Source: Nitrososphaeraceae archaeon
Lineage (GTDB): Archaea; Thermoproteota; Nitrososphaeria; Nitrososphaerales; Nitrososphaeraceae
Length of the DNA stretch: 47,677 nt
Assembly: GCA_036374075.1 (NCBI GenBank)
Contig: DASUUM010000026.1
Span: 1-47,677, forward strand
Reading direction: 5' to 3'
Part shown: in pieces, positions 38,666-47,677 of the stretch
Numbering within the stretch: position 1 is the first letter of the stretch
Layout: every line of letters begins with the position of its first letter
The notes under the pieces: generated by a model
The model's input: the letters and a program-made list of their open reading frames with translations, nothing else
What the model was told of the DNA's origin: nothing
Database searches by the model: none
Made by a program: the position numbers and the translations under genes

Positions 38666-39163
38666 CTAACTAAGATCTTTGGCCATTAAAAATGCATCTT
38701 CACCATCACGATAATATGCCTTTAATCTAGATTTTATAATAAAACCTAGTTTCTTGTACATTTGCACTGCAGTTTCATTGCTAACTCTAACTTCCAAATA
38801 GATCTCATCACTTTTTCTACGAATAACACCGTTAATTCCTTCTAGCATTAATGCTGTCCCAATACCTTTTCCCTGATGTGCTTCTAAAACTGCAATAGAT
38901 ACAACATGACCTTTTTTTACAAAACCTAACTTTCTGAAATTTGAGAATCCAAATTCTATTTTACACATAATATATCCAACTATTTGATTTTTTATTTCAG
39001 CTATAATGAACGCTTCCGGTAACTCTACTAACAGAGAATTAAAAAAATAATCGGAGTAATGTTCAGGAAGTGTAATCATATTTATATTAATAACAAATTG
39101 AAGATCTTTTTCTTCGCAATGACGAATAACATAATCACCAACATTTCTAAGGATAGATTGCAA
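38666..39163 (-). CDS. N-terminal acetyltransferase, Ard1/RimI family (GNAT)
   Basis: LPEHY, GHVVSIAV, QGKGIG, LEVRVSN and YYRDGEDA motifs. Confidence 0.92.
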   Translation of the reverse strand: MQSILRNVGDYVIRHCEEKDLQFVININMITLPEHYSDYFFNSLLVELPEAFIIAEIKNQIVGYIMCKIEFGFSNFRKLGFVKKGHVVSIAVLEAHQGKGIGTALMLEGINGVIRRKSDEIYLEVRVSNETAVQMYKKLGFIIKSRLKAYYRDGEDAFLMAKDLS

Positions 39164-39267
39164 TTTCTATATTTAACTTGACAAGCTATTTAACTTTTAT
39201 ATAAAGAACAAATTCATAAAATATCATAAAAATAATAAGAATTAAAGATATTAGAAAACAATAATAA

Positions 39268-40371
39268 TTATTTTTTTATAAAAAGGTTTATAGTAGGATC
39301 AGGGCAAATCATAACCTTACTTGATTTTCCGTAACGTGACATTATATTTTCTAAAACTTCTTTAACATTATTATAAGTATTAAATCCAAGTTTTGTTTTA
39401 GTATAATAGAAAGGTATTGAGGAAACTAGCCCAAGATGATACTCATCCTTCAAATTCTCTAAATAAATTAAATGCTCTAATCCATTTACATAACTCGTTT
39501 TTTTGATTTCTGATAGATCCAATCTGCCTTCTAAATACATAGTTAAAGCGCCATCTCCTATACCATTACTATTTTCTGCTAATAACACAGCTGTTCCTTG
39601 ATTTTTCAATACTCCTATAGAATTCCATAATGAATATAGAGATTCATTAAGAGTTATATGATTGTCAAATTCTGATCCTGAGCTGATTATTAGTGACTTT
39701 TGTTCATCAATATTTAAAATCGTATTTGATTTAAAATCGGAAATTGCCTCTTTAAAAGATTTTGAATTATTCCCATAATAAATACGAGAAATTCCATGTT
39801 GATTAGATAAAATCTCAATAGAATGTATACTTAATTTATCATAGAATTCTAATGCCATTTTGAGTGGTTCACCTATTTGTCCAGAAAGAGGACTTATAAT
39901 CTCATTAGAATTAAAAATGTCATTCATTAAATCATTTTTAAAATTTCGTGTTATTATAGAAGGAGACCCACTAAACCCAAAAAGTGGATCATAACTAATT
40001 TTTGAAATAAAAACGACATTATCAAATTTGTTAATTTTTTCATAAAAATCTTTTTTATTTATTTGAAAAACTTTATTATGATCAAAATGACTTTTAATAT
40101 GAAAAAAATCTTTGGAAAAAGCACCAATTGCAATTTCTATGGTATTATCAGATTTGCTAATATCTATCAAAAGTGATATTATTTTTAAAAGGTGTTTTGA
40201 AGACGATAATGGAAAAAGAAGAGTTTTTTTTGCAAGCTTTATATCTGTAAGAATGTTTCTGATATTTTCGTCTGACATCAAATTCACTTCTGATTTAAAT
40301 TGAAGGAGATTCTCTTGTTTGATATCTAAAACTACATGCGTTGAACCATATCCAAGCCATATTTCCGGCAT
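39268..40371 (-). CDS. Divergent LarA/DUF2088 (lactate racemase-like fold) protein
   Basis: I.LGYG N-terminus, YDPLFGFSGSP and a C-terminal LLAE...GIG pattern. Start reassigned to MPEIWLGYG to avoid overlap with pyrE. Confidence 0.6.
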   Translation of the reverse strand: MPEIWLGYGSTHVVLDIKQENLLQFKSEVNLMSDENIRNILTDIKLAKKTLLFPLSSSKHLLKIISLLIDISKSDNTIEIAIGAFSKDFFHIKSHFDHNKVFQINKKDFYEKINKFDNVVFISKISYDPLFGFSGSPSIITRNFKNDLMNDIFNSNEIISPLSGQIGEPLKMALEFYDKLSIHSIEILSNQHGISRIYYGNNSKSFKEAISDFKSNTILNIDEQKSLIISSGSEFDNHITLNESLYSLWNSIGVLKNQGTAVLLAENSNGIGDGALTMYLEGRLDLSEIKKTSYVNGLEHLIYLENLKDEYHLGLVSSIPFYYTKTKLGFNTYNNVKEVLENIMSRYGKSSKVMICPDPTINLFIKK

Positions 40372-40421
40372 TAATATAACTGTAAAAGAATTAAAATAAA
40401 TCTTTTTCATATTAAAGAGAA

Positions 40422-41018
40422 ATGAATAATAATTATACAATCAATTTTGCAAAGTTTTTAATACAATCTCATTCTTTAAAGTTTGGTAATTTCCAACTTG
40501 CTAGCGGTAAAACCAGTAACTTTTACATTGATTTAAGATTAATCCAAAGTTCTCCTACAATATTTCATCAAACAATCATAGCACTAAGAAATAGAATTCA
40601 AACTGAAAAACTTCAATTTGACATTCTTGCTACAATTCCTACTTCTGGCTTAATTTTTACTTCTGTATTATCATATGAATTGTTTAAACCATTCATTTAT
40701 ATTAGAAAAGAATCGAAAGGTCACGGAATTAATAATTTAATTGAAGGAAAATTAAAACCATTTCAAAAAACATTATTAATTGATGATGTTATCACAACAG
40801 GACAATCCTTGAATCATGCTATTGATAACATCAGAAGTAATGGAGGAATAATTGAAAATGTTATATGTATACTTTTAAGAGGAGGAAATACAACATTAAG
40901 AAAATTTGCTGAAAATGGAATAACTCTAAATTTTTTATTAACTATCAATCAGTTGGCAGATATCCTCTATAAAAATAACTTGATAGATGAAGAAAAAAAA
41001 TTAATATTACAAAAATAA
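40422..41018 (+). CDS. pyrE: Orotate phosphoribosyltransferase
   Basis: FGNFQLASGK.S.FYIDLR, RKESKGHG and PRPP motif LIDDVITTG. Confidence 0.94.
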   Translation: MNNNYTINFAKFLIQSHSLKFGNFQLASGKTSNFYIDLRLIQSSPTIFHQTIIALRNRIQTEKLQFDILATIPTSGLIFTSVLSYELFKPFIYIRKESKGHGINNLIEGKLKPFQKTLLIDDVITTGQSLNHAIDNIRSNGGIIENVICILLRGGNTTLRKFAENGITLNFLLTINQLADILYKNNLIDEEKKLILQK

Positions 41019-41582
41019 CTATCCTTCATATATCATAAGACTCTTTTCCTCTAATAAAGTGTGAAGGTTATGCACGGCACGATATACTTCGGCTTCTTTT
41101 TTAGCTCCAGTACAAACTAATTTCCCACTTGCAAAAAGAAGAATAACTGTTTTCGGATCTAACATTCTATGAATTAATCCAGGAAATTGCTCTGGTTCAT
41201 ACATACTGCGTGGAAGAACCCTAGCAGCTAATTCTAAGTGAATTTTACCTCCTAAACTTGCTGATGCTACTATATTTTGTATTTCAATTATAGGTTCATT
41301 TTCTATTTGAATACTTCCTTTCTTTAACTTTTGAACGACACTTTTTACTGCTTTAATTGCCTGATCTTCTGATTTGGCCCCTGTGCACACCATTTTTCCG
41401 GAGCTAAAAATTAAAGTAGCCGTTTTTGGAGATTTAAGTCTAAAAACAAGACCTGGAAATTGATCCGGATGATATTCAACATCTGGAAATATTTGTGTAA
41501 TTTGATTTAAATTAACGGTTTGATTTATAGTTGCAGAAGCGACAACATTTTCAATACTCACAATAGGTTTAGTTTGCGGCAT
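41019..41582 (-). CDS. tbp: TATA-box-binding protein
   Basis: Two repeats of N.VAS...Y.P.QFPGL..R...PK...L.F.SGK.VCTGAK. Confidence 0.98.
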   Translation of the reverse strand: MPQTKPIVSIENVVASATINQTVNLNQITQIFPDVEYHPDQFPGLVFRLKSPKTATLIFSSGKMVCTGAKSEDQAIKAVKSVVQKLKKGSIQIENEPIIEIQNIVASASLGGKIHLELAARVLPRSMYEPEQFPGLIHRMLDPKTVILLFASGKLVCTGAKKEAEVYRAVHNLHTLLEEKSLMIYEG

Positions 41583-41714
41583 AGTGGTATGCGGTCTGTG
41601 AACTATATAAATATACTATATAAATTTTTATAAAATAATTTTAGAAATAAAAGATCCTGCTGTAAAGTATATTAAAAAATTTAATTAATATATAATTAAT
41701 TTTATAATCATCCT

Positions 41715-43100
41715 ATGTCATTTAGAATAGATCATGATTCATTAGGAGAAGTTAAAGTTCCTGTAAACGCATATTATGGTCCCTTTACATCTCGTGCAAT
41801 GGAACAATACAAAGTAACGGGTCATAAATCTCATCTGAACCTTATTAAAGCGTATGTTATGATTAAAAGATCGGCAGCATTAGCTAATTCAGAATTAGGT
41901 GTATTAGATGAGAAAATTGCCAAAGTAATTGTTCAAGCGTGTGATGAAATTCTATCTGGACAATTCTTGGATCAATTTGTTGTAGAGGCTATCAATTCAG
42001 GAGCCGGTACTGCATTTAATATGAATACAAATGAAATAATTGCAAATAGGGCTTTAGAAATCCTTGGAAAACGTAAAGGCGATTATATGACTATTAATCC
42101 TAACGACCATGTTAATATGTCTCAATCTAGCAATGACACTTTTCCAACAGCAATGCATATTGCGATATTAATGAATATTACTTTAACCATAAAGTCGTTA
42201 GATACATTAATTGCATCTTTGAAAAAAAAATCTATTGATTTTAAAAATATTATAAAAGTTGGAAGGACACACTTAATGGACGCTATTCCTGTTACCCTAG
42301 GCTCTGAATTCGAAGAATATGTTTTTTCATTAGAGAGATGTAAAGAAGAAATTATTAATAGCCAAAGGAACTTAGAATACATTGGTATAGGTGGAACAGC
42401 AGTTGGCACAGGTGCCAATACTCCTAAAGGCTATCGAGAAAATGTAGTTAAACATCTTTCTAATATTTCTGGTATAAATTTAAAAACGTCTAAGAATCTT
42501 CACTTTTTCCTTCAAAGCAAATATGATATAGCAGATTGTTCTTCAGGATTAAGAAATTTAGCACTAGAACTAATAAAAATTGCTAATGATTTAAGACTAA
42601 TGGCTTCTGGTCCAATAGCTGGATTTGCTGAAATATTTATTGCAGCAGTTCATGCAGGTTCATCTATTATGCCAGGAAAGGTCAATCCATCTCTCGCCGA
42701 ATGCTTAAACATGATTTGTTTTGATATAGTAGGAAGGGATGTTTCTGTAGCCATGGCTGCACAAGCAGGACAGTTTGAATTAAATGTAATGTTGCCCAGT
42801 ATGCTAAAGAATGTATTAGAAGTCACAGATATGTTGATAAATTTCTTGCCAATTTTTGCAAAGAATTTTATTGATGGAATTCGGCCAAATTCAGAAAAGT
42901 TAAAAGAACAAATGGAAAAAAGTCCTATTCTCATAACCTTATTAAATCCCTACTTGGGATATCTCAAAGCTGCAGAAATATATAAAGAATCTTTAAAAAC
43001 AGGCAGAGGAATAAGAGAATTGGTTTTAGAAAAAAAATTAATGAAAGAAAGAGAATTAGAAGATGCATTATCATATGAACGAATTCTTGGGATAGTTTGA
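41715..43100 (+). CDS. Class II fumarate hydratase / aspartase family lyase
   Basis: HDSLG, QSSNDTFPTA, GRTHLMDA and signature GSSIMPGKVNP. Fumarase versus aspartase cannot be resolved from motifs alone. Confidence 0.88.
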   Translation: MSFRIDHDSLGEVKVPVNAYYGPFTSRAMEQYKVTGHKSHLNLIKAYVMIKRSAALANSELGVLDEKIAKVIVQACDEILSGQFLDQFVVEAINSGAGTAFNMNTNEIIANRALEILGKRKGDYMTINPNDHVNMSQSSNDTFPTAMHIAILMNITLTIKSLDTLIASLKKKSIDFKNIIKVGRTHLMDAIPVTLGSEFEEYVFSLERCKEEIINSQRNLEYIGIGGTAVGTGANTPKGYRENVVKHLSNISGINLKTSKNLHFFLQSKYDIADCSSGLRNLALELIKIANDLRLMASGPIAGFAEIFIAAVHAGSSIMPGKVNPSLAECLNMICFDIVGRDVSVAMAAQAGQFELNVMLPSMLKNVLEVTDMLINFLPIFAKNFIDGIRPNSEKLKEQMEKSPILITLLNPYLGYLKAAEIYKESLKTGRGIRELVLEKKLMKERELEDALSYERILGIV

Positions 43101-43195
43101 ATTTGAGGTTATCTTCAATAATTCATAATAATTTTTTGTATCTTTTTCATAATGTTTAAGTAACTCTTGTTATATACATGTAATAGTAAAATAGA

Positions 43196-43339
43196 TTGGT
43201 CAGTGCAGTATTAGCACTTGATAAAGGCAATGTAGAAACCCGAATAAATCAACACGAAATTGAATGTTTAAAGAGGTATCTAGGATTTGATAATGAAGAA
43301 GAGTTAAAGTCATACTTGAAACATTATTTTTTAGAATAA
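43196..43339 (+). CDS. Putative 47-aa small protein
   Basis: TTG-start ORF (M)VSAVLALDKGNVETRINQHEIECLKRYLGFDNEEELKSYLKHYFLE with protein-like composition; TTATATAC lies about 20-25 nt upstream. Confidence 0.5.
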   Translation: MVSAVLALDKGNVETRINQHEIECLKRYLGFDNEEELKSYLKHYFLE

Positions 43340-43552
43340 CTAATACTTCCTCTTTTTAATATGTTGTTATGTATTACAATCGATACAATTTCTAAATATT
43401 ATAATATATATTAATATAATAATTTGATAAATAGTTAATTCTTAAAATGTTCTACAAAAATTATATATAATTTTTAGCTATGAAATAGTTTCTATAAATT
43501 ATATATTAGATACTATCTAATTTCTTATATTTCAGAATCATATGTAGTTCTT

Positions 43553-43705
43553 ATGCATCCAGAGGATCTTAATAGCATTTGGTTTTGTGAAGATTGTCAA
43601 AGTAGTTTTTTTTTCAATTCTGATGCCGAAGATCATAAAGAAAAAACAGGACATAACAAAATGAGAAAATTTAATGCTGTACATGGTGGAACAATACAAA
43701 AATAA
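43553..43705 (+). CDS. 50-aa C2H2-type zinc-finger microprotein
   Basis: MHPEDLNSIWFCEDCQSSFFFNSDAEDHKEKTGHNKMRKFNAVHGGTIQK fits C-x2-C-x3-F-x8-H-x5-H. Confidence 0.75.
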   Translation: MHPEDLNSIWFCEDCQSSFFFNSDAEDHKEKTGHNKMRKFNAVHGGTIQK

Positions 43706-43955
43706 AAAGTTCTAATTTCATTTATTGCAAATATCATCTTCCATTAACAATTTCATATTTAAAATAATAATTGTCTAATTCATATATACCAATAATTATT
43801 CTAAAGTGTATATTAATTTAGATATTTAATAAAGAATAACTTTTTCTACATCTACATATACAATAAATTTTGATATAAAATAGTAGGAATATAAAAAAAT
43901 TCATGATCTTTACAAAGAAAAATTTATATTATTTTTTACATCTTATTATATAGAA

Positions 43956-45761
43956 TTAAATAATACGTTCTAAATCAATTATTTTTTCTGACAATAGATC
44001 AAAACCTTGTTGCCAAAATTCTTTATTAGATATATCAAAGCCAATTTCAGTTAATAGAGATTCAGGATTTTTTGATCCACCTGCAGAAAGTAAATTTAAA
44101 TATTTTGGGATAAAAGATTTTTTTCCTTCTTTCTTATACATATTAAATAAGGATAAAACTAGAAGATTACCGAAAGCGTATGCATAACAATAAAAAGGAG
44201 TATGATAAAAATGAGGTATGTAAAGCCATTCCCACATAAAATCATCAGAAATAATTAGTGAATTTCCAAATTGATCATGAAGATTATTTTTGTACAAAGA
44301 TGAAACACTATCAATATTAGCATTATTTTCAATTATCTGATTATGTGCATTAATTTCAAATAATGTAAAATAGGATTGTCTCATAATAGTTGCGTACATA
44401 TCATCAATTTGTTCTGCTAACAGAATAGACTTTTCTTGTTCTGTCATTTCTTCAGCTAATTTTTCATTCAACAACATCTCTGCAAAGACAGAAGCTGTTT
44501 CGGCTAAAGGTAATGGAGGATGCGAAACAGTAATTGGGAGATTTGAAGAACAAATACTATGTATAGCATGTCCAAATTCATGAGCCATTGTAGAGATATC
44601 ACGATACATACCATCATAATTCAATAAAACATATGGAGTTATTGTAGGAGTAATAGTAGAACAGAATGCCCCACTCATCTTTCCTTTTCTAATTTGAGAA
44701 TCAACATGATTTTTATTAAAAACTATTTCTGCATATTCTCGAAATTTAGGATCAAATGATTCAAAAACATTTAAAACTATTTTTACTGCTTGGTCATAGC
44801 TATACCTCTTGGGCCTTATTCCTTTTTTAATAAGAGGAGCGTATAAATGATAACGTTCTAATTTTTTTACTTTTAACATTTTTGCTTTTAAATAAAAATA
44901 TTTTTGAAAAATAATAGAATTTTTCCTACATGTTTCCAATAATGCAGATACTACATCATCACTTATATCATTATAAACATTTCTTACAGAAATTGGTGAT
45001 TCAAAGCCACGAATTTTGATATTTTCATCATGCCATTGCACTATTAAATTTAAATATATTTCACCTAAAACTCCACTATTATTTTTATAGATACTAAACA
45101 ATGACTTGTATGCAGCTTTTCTTTCCTCAGATTTGTTACTTCTAACTAATGACATTAACTTTTCCTTATTTACAAATTTTTTTCTTATAATCTTATTATA
45201 CTTCTTTATTTCAATAACAAATTCAAAACTATTAGTCATTCTATCATATATTTTTACTAATGCATTTGGACCAGTTACCTCAAATATATTAATAATTTTT
45301 TCTTCCTTTTCAGATAAAGTATATTTACCTAAAATTCTTTTATGGGTTAGATATTGTTTATAAACTGGATCAACTGTTTGAATTAGCCTATTTGCATCTT
45401 TTTCTTTTAGAATATTTTTGAACCATATATCGAAAAAGATCAATTTATTAGAAATTTTAGTACCTAATAATTCCATTTCTGTAACCAATGCAGAATATTC
45501 ATTTGAAGAAGTATCGGATGAATATTGCAAATGTGCAAAACCTATTACCATATTTAATTTTTCAGAAATCTTTTCTAATTGCAACAACATATCAGTAAAT
45601 TCTTGTGAAGAAATACCATCATTAAGCAATTTACGATTATTTTCAAATTTTTCAACATCAGTATTTAAGATTTTTAAATAATTTTGTAGTTCATTCTTTT
45701 TCTCGTTGACCAACTCTGATAAATCCCAATGACCTAATTGAGGTTTTTGTAATAGATTCAT
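43956..45761 (-). CDS. pepF: Oligoendopeptidase F (M3B)
   Basis: WDLS, GK.SGAF, HEFGH, AETAS and IPHFY..PFY.YAY motifs. Confidence 0.93.
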   Translation of the reverse strand: MNLLQKPQLGHWDLSELVNEKKNELQNYLKILNTDVEKFENNRKLLNDGISSQEFTDMLLQLEKISEKLNMVIGFAHLQYSSDTSSNEYSALVTEMELLGTKISNKLIFFDIWFKNILKEKDANRLIQTVDPVYKQYLTHKRILGKYTLSEKEEKIINIFEVTGPNALVKIYDRMTNSFEFVIEIKKYNKIIRKKFVNKEKLMSLVRSNKSEERKAAYKSLFSIYKNNSGVLGEIYLNLIVQWHDENIKIRGFESPISVRNVYNDISDDVVSALLETCRKNSIIFQKYFYLKAKMLKVKKLERYHLYAPLIKKGIRPKRYSYDQAVKIVLNVFESFDPKFREYAEIVFNKNHVDSQIRKGKMSGAFCSTITPTITPYVLLNYDGMYRDISTMAHEFGHAIHSICSSNLPITVSHPPLPLAETASVFAEMLLNEKLAEEMTEQEKSILLAEQIDDMYATIMRQSYFTLFEINAHNQIIENNANIDSVSSLYKNNLHDQFGNSLIISDDFMWEWLYIPHFYHTPFYCYAYAFGNLLVLSLFNMYKKEGKKSFIPKYLNLLSAGGSKNPESLLTEIGFDISNKEFWQQGFDLLSEKIIDLERII

Positions 45762-45940
45762 AGAATAAATATCAAAAATTACAGTCTTGTATTAATAGTT
45801 ATCAATAAAGTAAAATTAAATTGAACTAATAATTAATTATTATATAATATTTTAAATAACGATTTTAAATATATTTTTATTATATTAGTCCATTAATATA
45901 GAAATTATATAATACCAATTAATTATTGCCTAAAAATAAT

Positions 45941-46351
45941 TTATCTTAAATCTTCTAACAAGCTATCGTCACGATAATTATCTGGATCTAGTCTAAATCC
46001 ACTTGTACTTTCATAAGGAATGTCATTTAACTTAAGATGATAATTCAACTTTCGTTTTTTGAATTGTTTGGTGAGCCATAAAACGAATTGCTGTTCAAGA
46101 GTTATTCCTTCTTCCTTCGATATTTCTGGAAAATGCAATATCAATTTTTCCATAAAAGAAGGATCAAAATGTATTTGAAAGAAATCCCAACCGAAAGCAG
46201 TGCCATTAGATGACACTTCACAATTTGTTTGCGAATTAACAAAAAATTGCAAACCTTCAATTATTTCAACGATTTTCTTTCTTTCTTCATCAAAATTAAG
46301 ACAGGAACCAGAAATTATAATCATTGGTGGTTTTTCTCTGAATTTTTTCAA
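45941..46351 (-). CDS. Hypothetical protein
   Basis: 136-aa ORF filling the intergenic space, with a FGWDFF motif; TTG start. Confidence 0.7.
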   Translation of the reverse strand: MKKFREKPPMIIISGSCLNFDEERKKIVEIIEGLQFFVNSQTNCEVSSNGTAFGWDFFQIHFDPSFMEKLILHFPEISKEEGITLEQQFVLWLTKQFKKRKLNYHLKLNDIPYESTSGFRLDPDNYRDDSLLEDLR

Positions 46352-46734
46352 TGATATATTATAGATACAATCGTAATATAAAAATAAAGCTGGAAGATCT
46401 TGTAATAATTTTTTTTAAAAAATTAAAATAAAACTTCTTTAAGTTTGGTATTGTAAAGTAATATCTTCAATTGATGGTATCAGCATATGCAAAATTTTCT
46501 CAATAAAAACTGATAGTTTTTGTAATTATAAAAAAGAAAATGAAAATAATGTAATACAACTGTAGGAAATGTAGTAAAAATTTGTTTTTCTCTGCTAATA
46601 GTGATATAATAAGGCTTATAGTAATATTGATTTCATCGTAAACTTGAAAGTAAGAATATACAATAATGAAGATTCTATTTCTATAGAATATTTCATTTAT
46701 AACAATGCAAGAAAGTATTATACTTTGATAGAAC

Positions 46735-47541
46735 TTATATTTTAATTACTTCTAATTCAATATTGTTAAGTAAACTTATTATTCTTTGTTTTTCATTTCC
46801 TAACCCCTTTTGATCTACTATTATATGTGTAACCTTTTCATAACATTTTATAATCATTTGGTTTAACATATCACTGTTTAAATTAACTAAATTGTATTTA
46901 TTTGCAATATGACCTATTCCATAGTCAGTATCTAATATTAATTTGTTAAATTTTGATCCATAATGATTTCCGCCTAAACCTATTCCAATATATTTTGCAT
47001 TAAGCATTTTTTTTGTAATTACATCAATTAAGGAATCACAAACTACTGATGCAATATCCATATTAGACCATTGATCTTCTGAAGATCCAATTTCAACGAA
47101 CATAACAGGTTTTTTTATAGTAGTTGGGCCATGATGAGTGGTTTCTATAGTTATATCACAGAATGGAACTTTTTCTCTTGATTGGTATATTTTTTTCAAA
47201 TAGTTTTTTTGTAATGATGGATAGGCAATTCCTAATTCAGATTTATTTCCACCATAAGAATTTGTAAAATAATTTCCCGGAAAATGGCATGTCAATGATG
47301 GAATCTTGCTTTTTGATTGATGTTTAGAAAGAAAAATAAAAATATCAGTTTTTTTATACAAGTCATCAAAACAATCAGTAAATATTAATTGATTTTTAGA
47401 TACAAATATTGATATATTATCATATAAAGAAGAAGTAAAATAAGAATTTTCTAGTTCATTGAATTTTTTATATTCTTGTAAATATCTTAACATCGTTTTA
47501 CTAGCGAGATCTAATTCAGAAGTGATTAGGGTAAAAAACAT
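46735..47541 (-). CDS. dtdA: D-aminoacyl-tRNA deacylase (archaeal DTD2)
   Basis: FLSKH.S, LTCH.PGN, ETTHHGPT, FVEIGS and GLGGNHY motifs. Confidence 0.93.
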   Translation of the reverse strand: MFFTLITSELDLASKTMLRYLQEYKKFNELENSYFTSSLYDNISIFVSKNQLIFTDCFDDLYKKTDIFIFLSKHQSKSKIPSLTCHFPGNYFTNSYGGNKSELGIAYPSLQKNYLKKIYQSREKVPFCDITIETTHHGPTTIKKPVMFVEIGSSEDQWSNMDIASVVCDSLIDVITKKMLNAKYIGIGLGGNHYGSKFNKLILDTDYGIGHIANKYNLVNLNSDMLNQMIIKCYEKVTHIIVDQKGLGNEKQRIISLLNNIELEVIKI

Positions 47542-47652
47542 ATATTATCAGAATATTGTAAAATTATAATAATATTATAGTATTAAATTAGTCAAATTAT
47601 TTACCAAATTGAGATCCAAAACATTTAACACTAACACAAAATATTCTATACT

Positions 47653-47677
47653 ATGAGTAAATGGGAAGAAAATAATC
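47653..47677 (+). CDS. Possible start of a CDS running off the right window edge (MSKWEENN...)
   Basis: ATG at 47653, divergent from dtdA, with TTTAA about 25-30 nt upstream; only 8 codons are visible. Confidence 0.35.

Noticed and set aside
40372-40440. N-terminal extension of the LarA-like ORF
   Set aside because: It overlaps the divergent pyrE start and promoter; MPEIWLGYG is the more plausible start.
2985-45681. Many short ORFs in the track that lie antisense or out of frame within real genes (e.g. 4123-4386, 4489-4926, 5300-5698, 12113-12361, 29564-29893, 34294-34602, 42122-42418, 45418-45681)
   Set aside because: They are shadow ORFs inside well-supported genes, with S/F/I/L-rich composition and no motifs.
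46561-46641. CRKC-containing frame resembling a zinc-finger remnant
   Set aside because: Preceded by an in-frame stop, with no start codon and no second ligand pair.

Overview
A very AT-rich, gene-dense archaeal chromosomal segment. It is almost certainly from an ammonia-oxidising thaumarchaeon (Nitrososphaerota; a low-GC Nitrosocosmicus-like lineage is inferred). Evidence: an ADP-forming 3-hydroxypropionyl-CoA synthetase of the thaumarchaeal 3HP/4HB cycle, a transketolase-N/Rpe fusion, a stand-alone 5S rRNA, an rps13-rps4 pair without rps11/rpoD, and TBP, Sm, Dph2 and archaeal DnaG. About 42 housekeeping CDSs cover cofactor synthesis (pterin, flavin, cobamide), the modified mevalonate pathway, the non-oxidative pentose phosphate pathway, translation and tRNA modification, and proteolysis. 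I found no CRISPR array, transposase, integrase or tRNA. The signals not explained by standard annotation are: (1) a ~360-nt, locally GC-enriched, multi-hairpin non-coding element between dph2 and the tRNA-thiolase gene; (2) a 75-nt hairpin with a canonical kink-turn and a possible rRNA guide, next to the Sm gene; (3) a four-gene operon of two different AAA+/vWA pairs with no known client; (4) an HTH regulator with an S-layer-like domain divergent from glmS across a 37-bp palindrome; (5) unannotated micro-ORFs, including a C2H2 zinc finger and a uORF coupled to the transketolase start.
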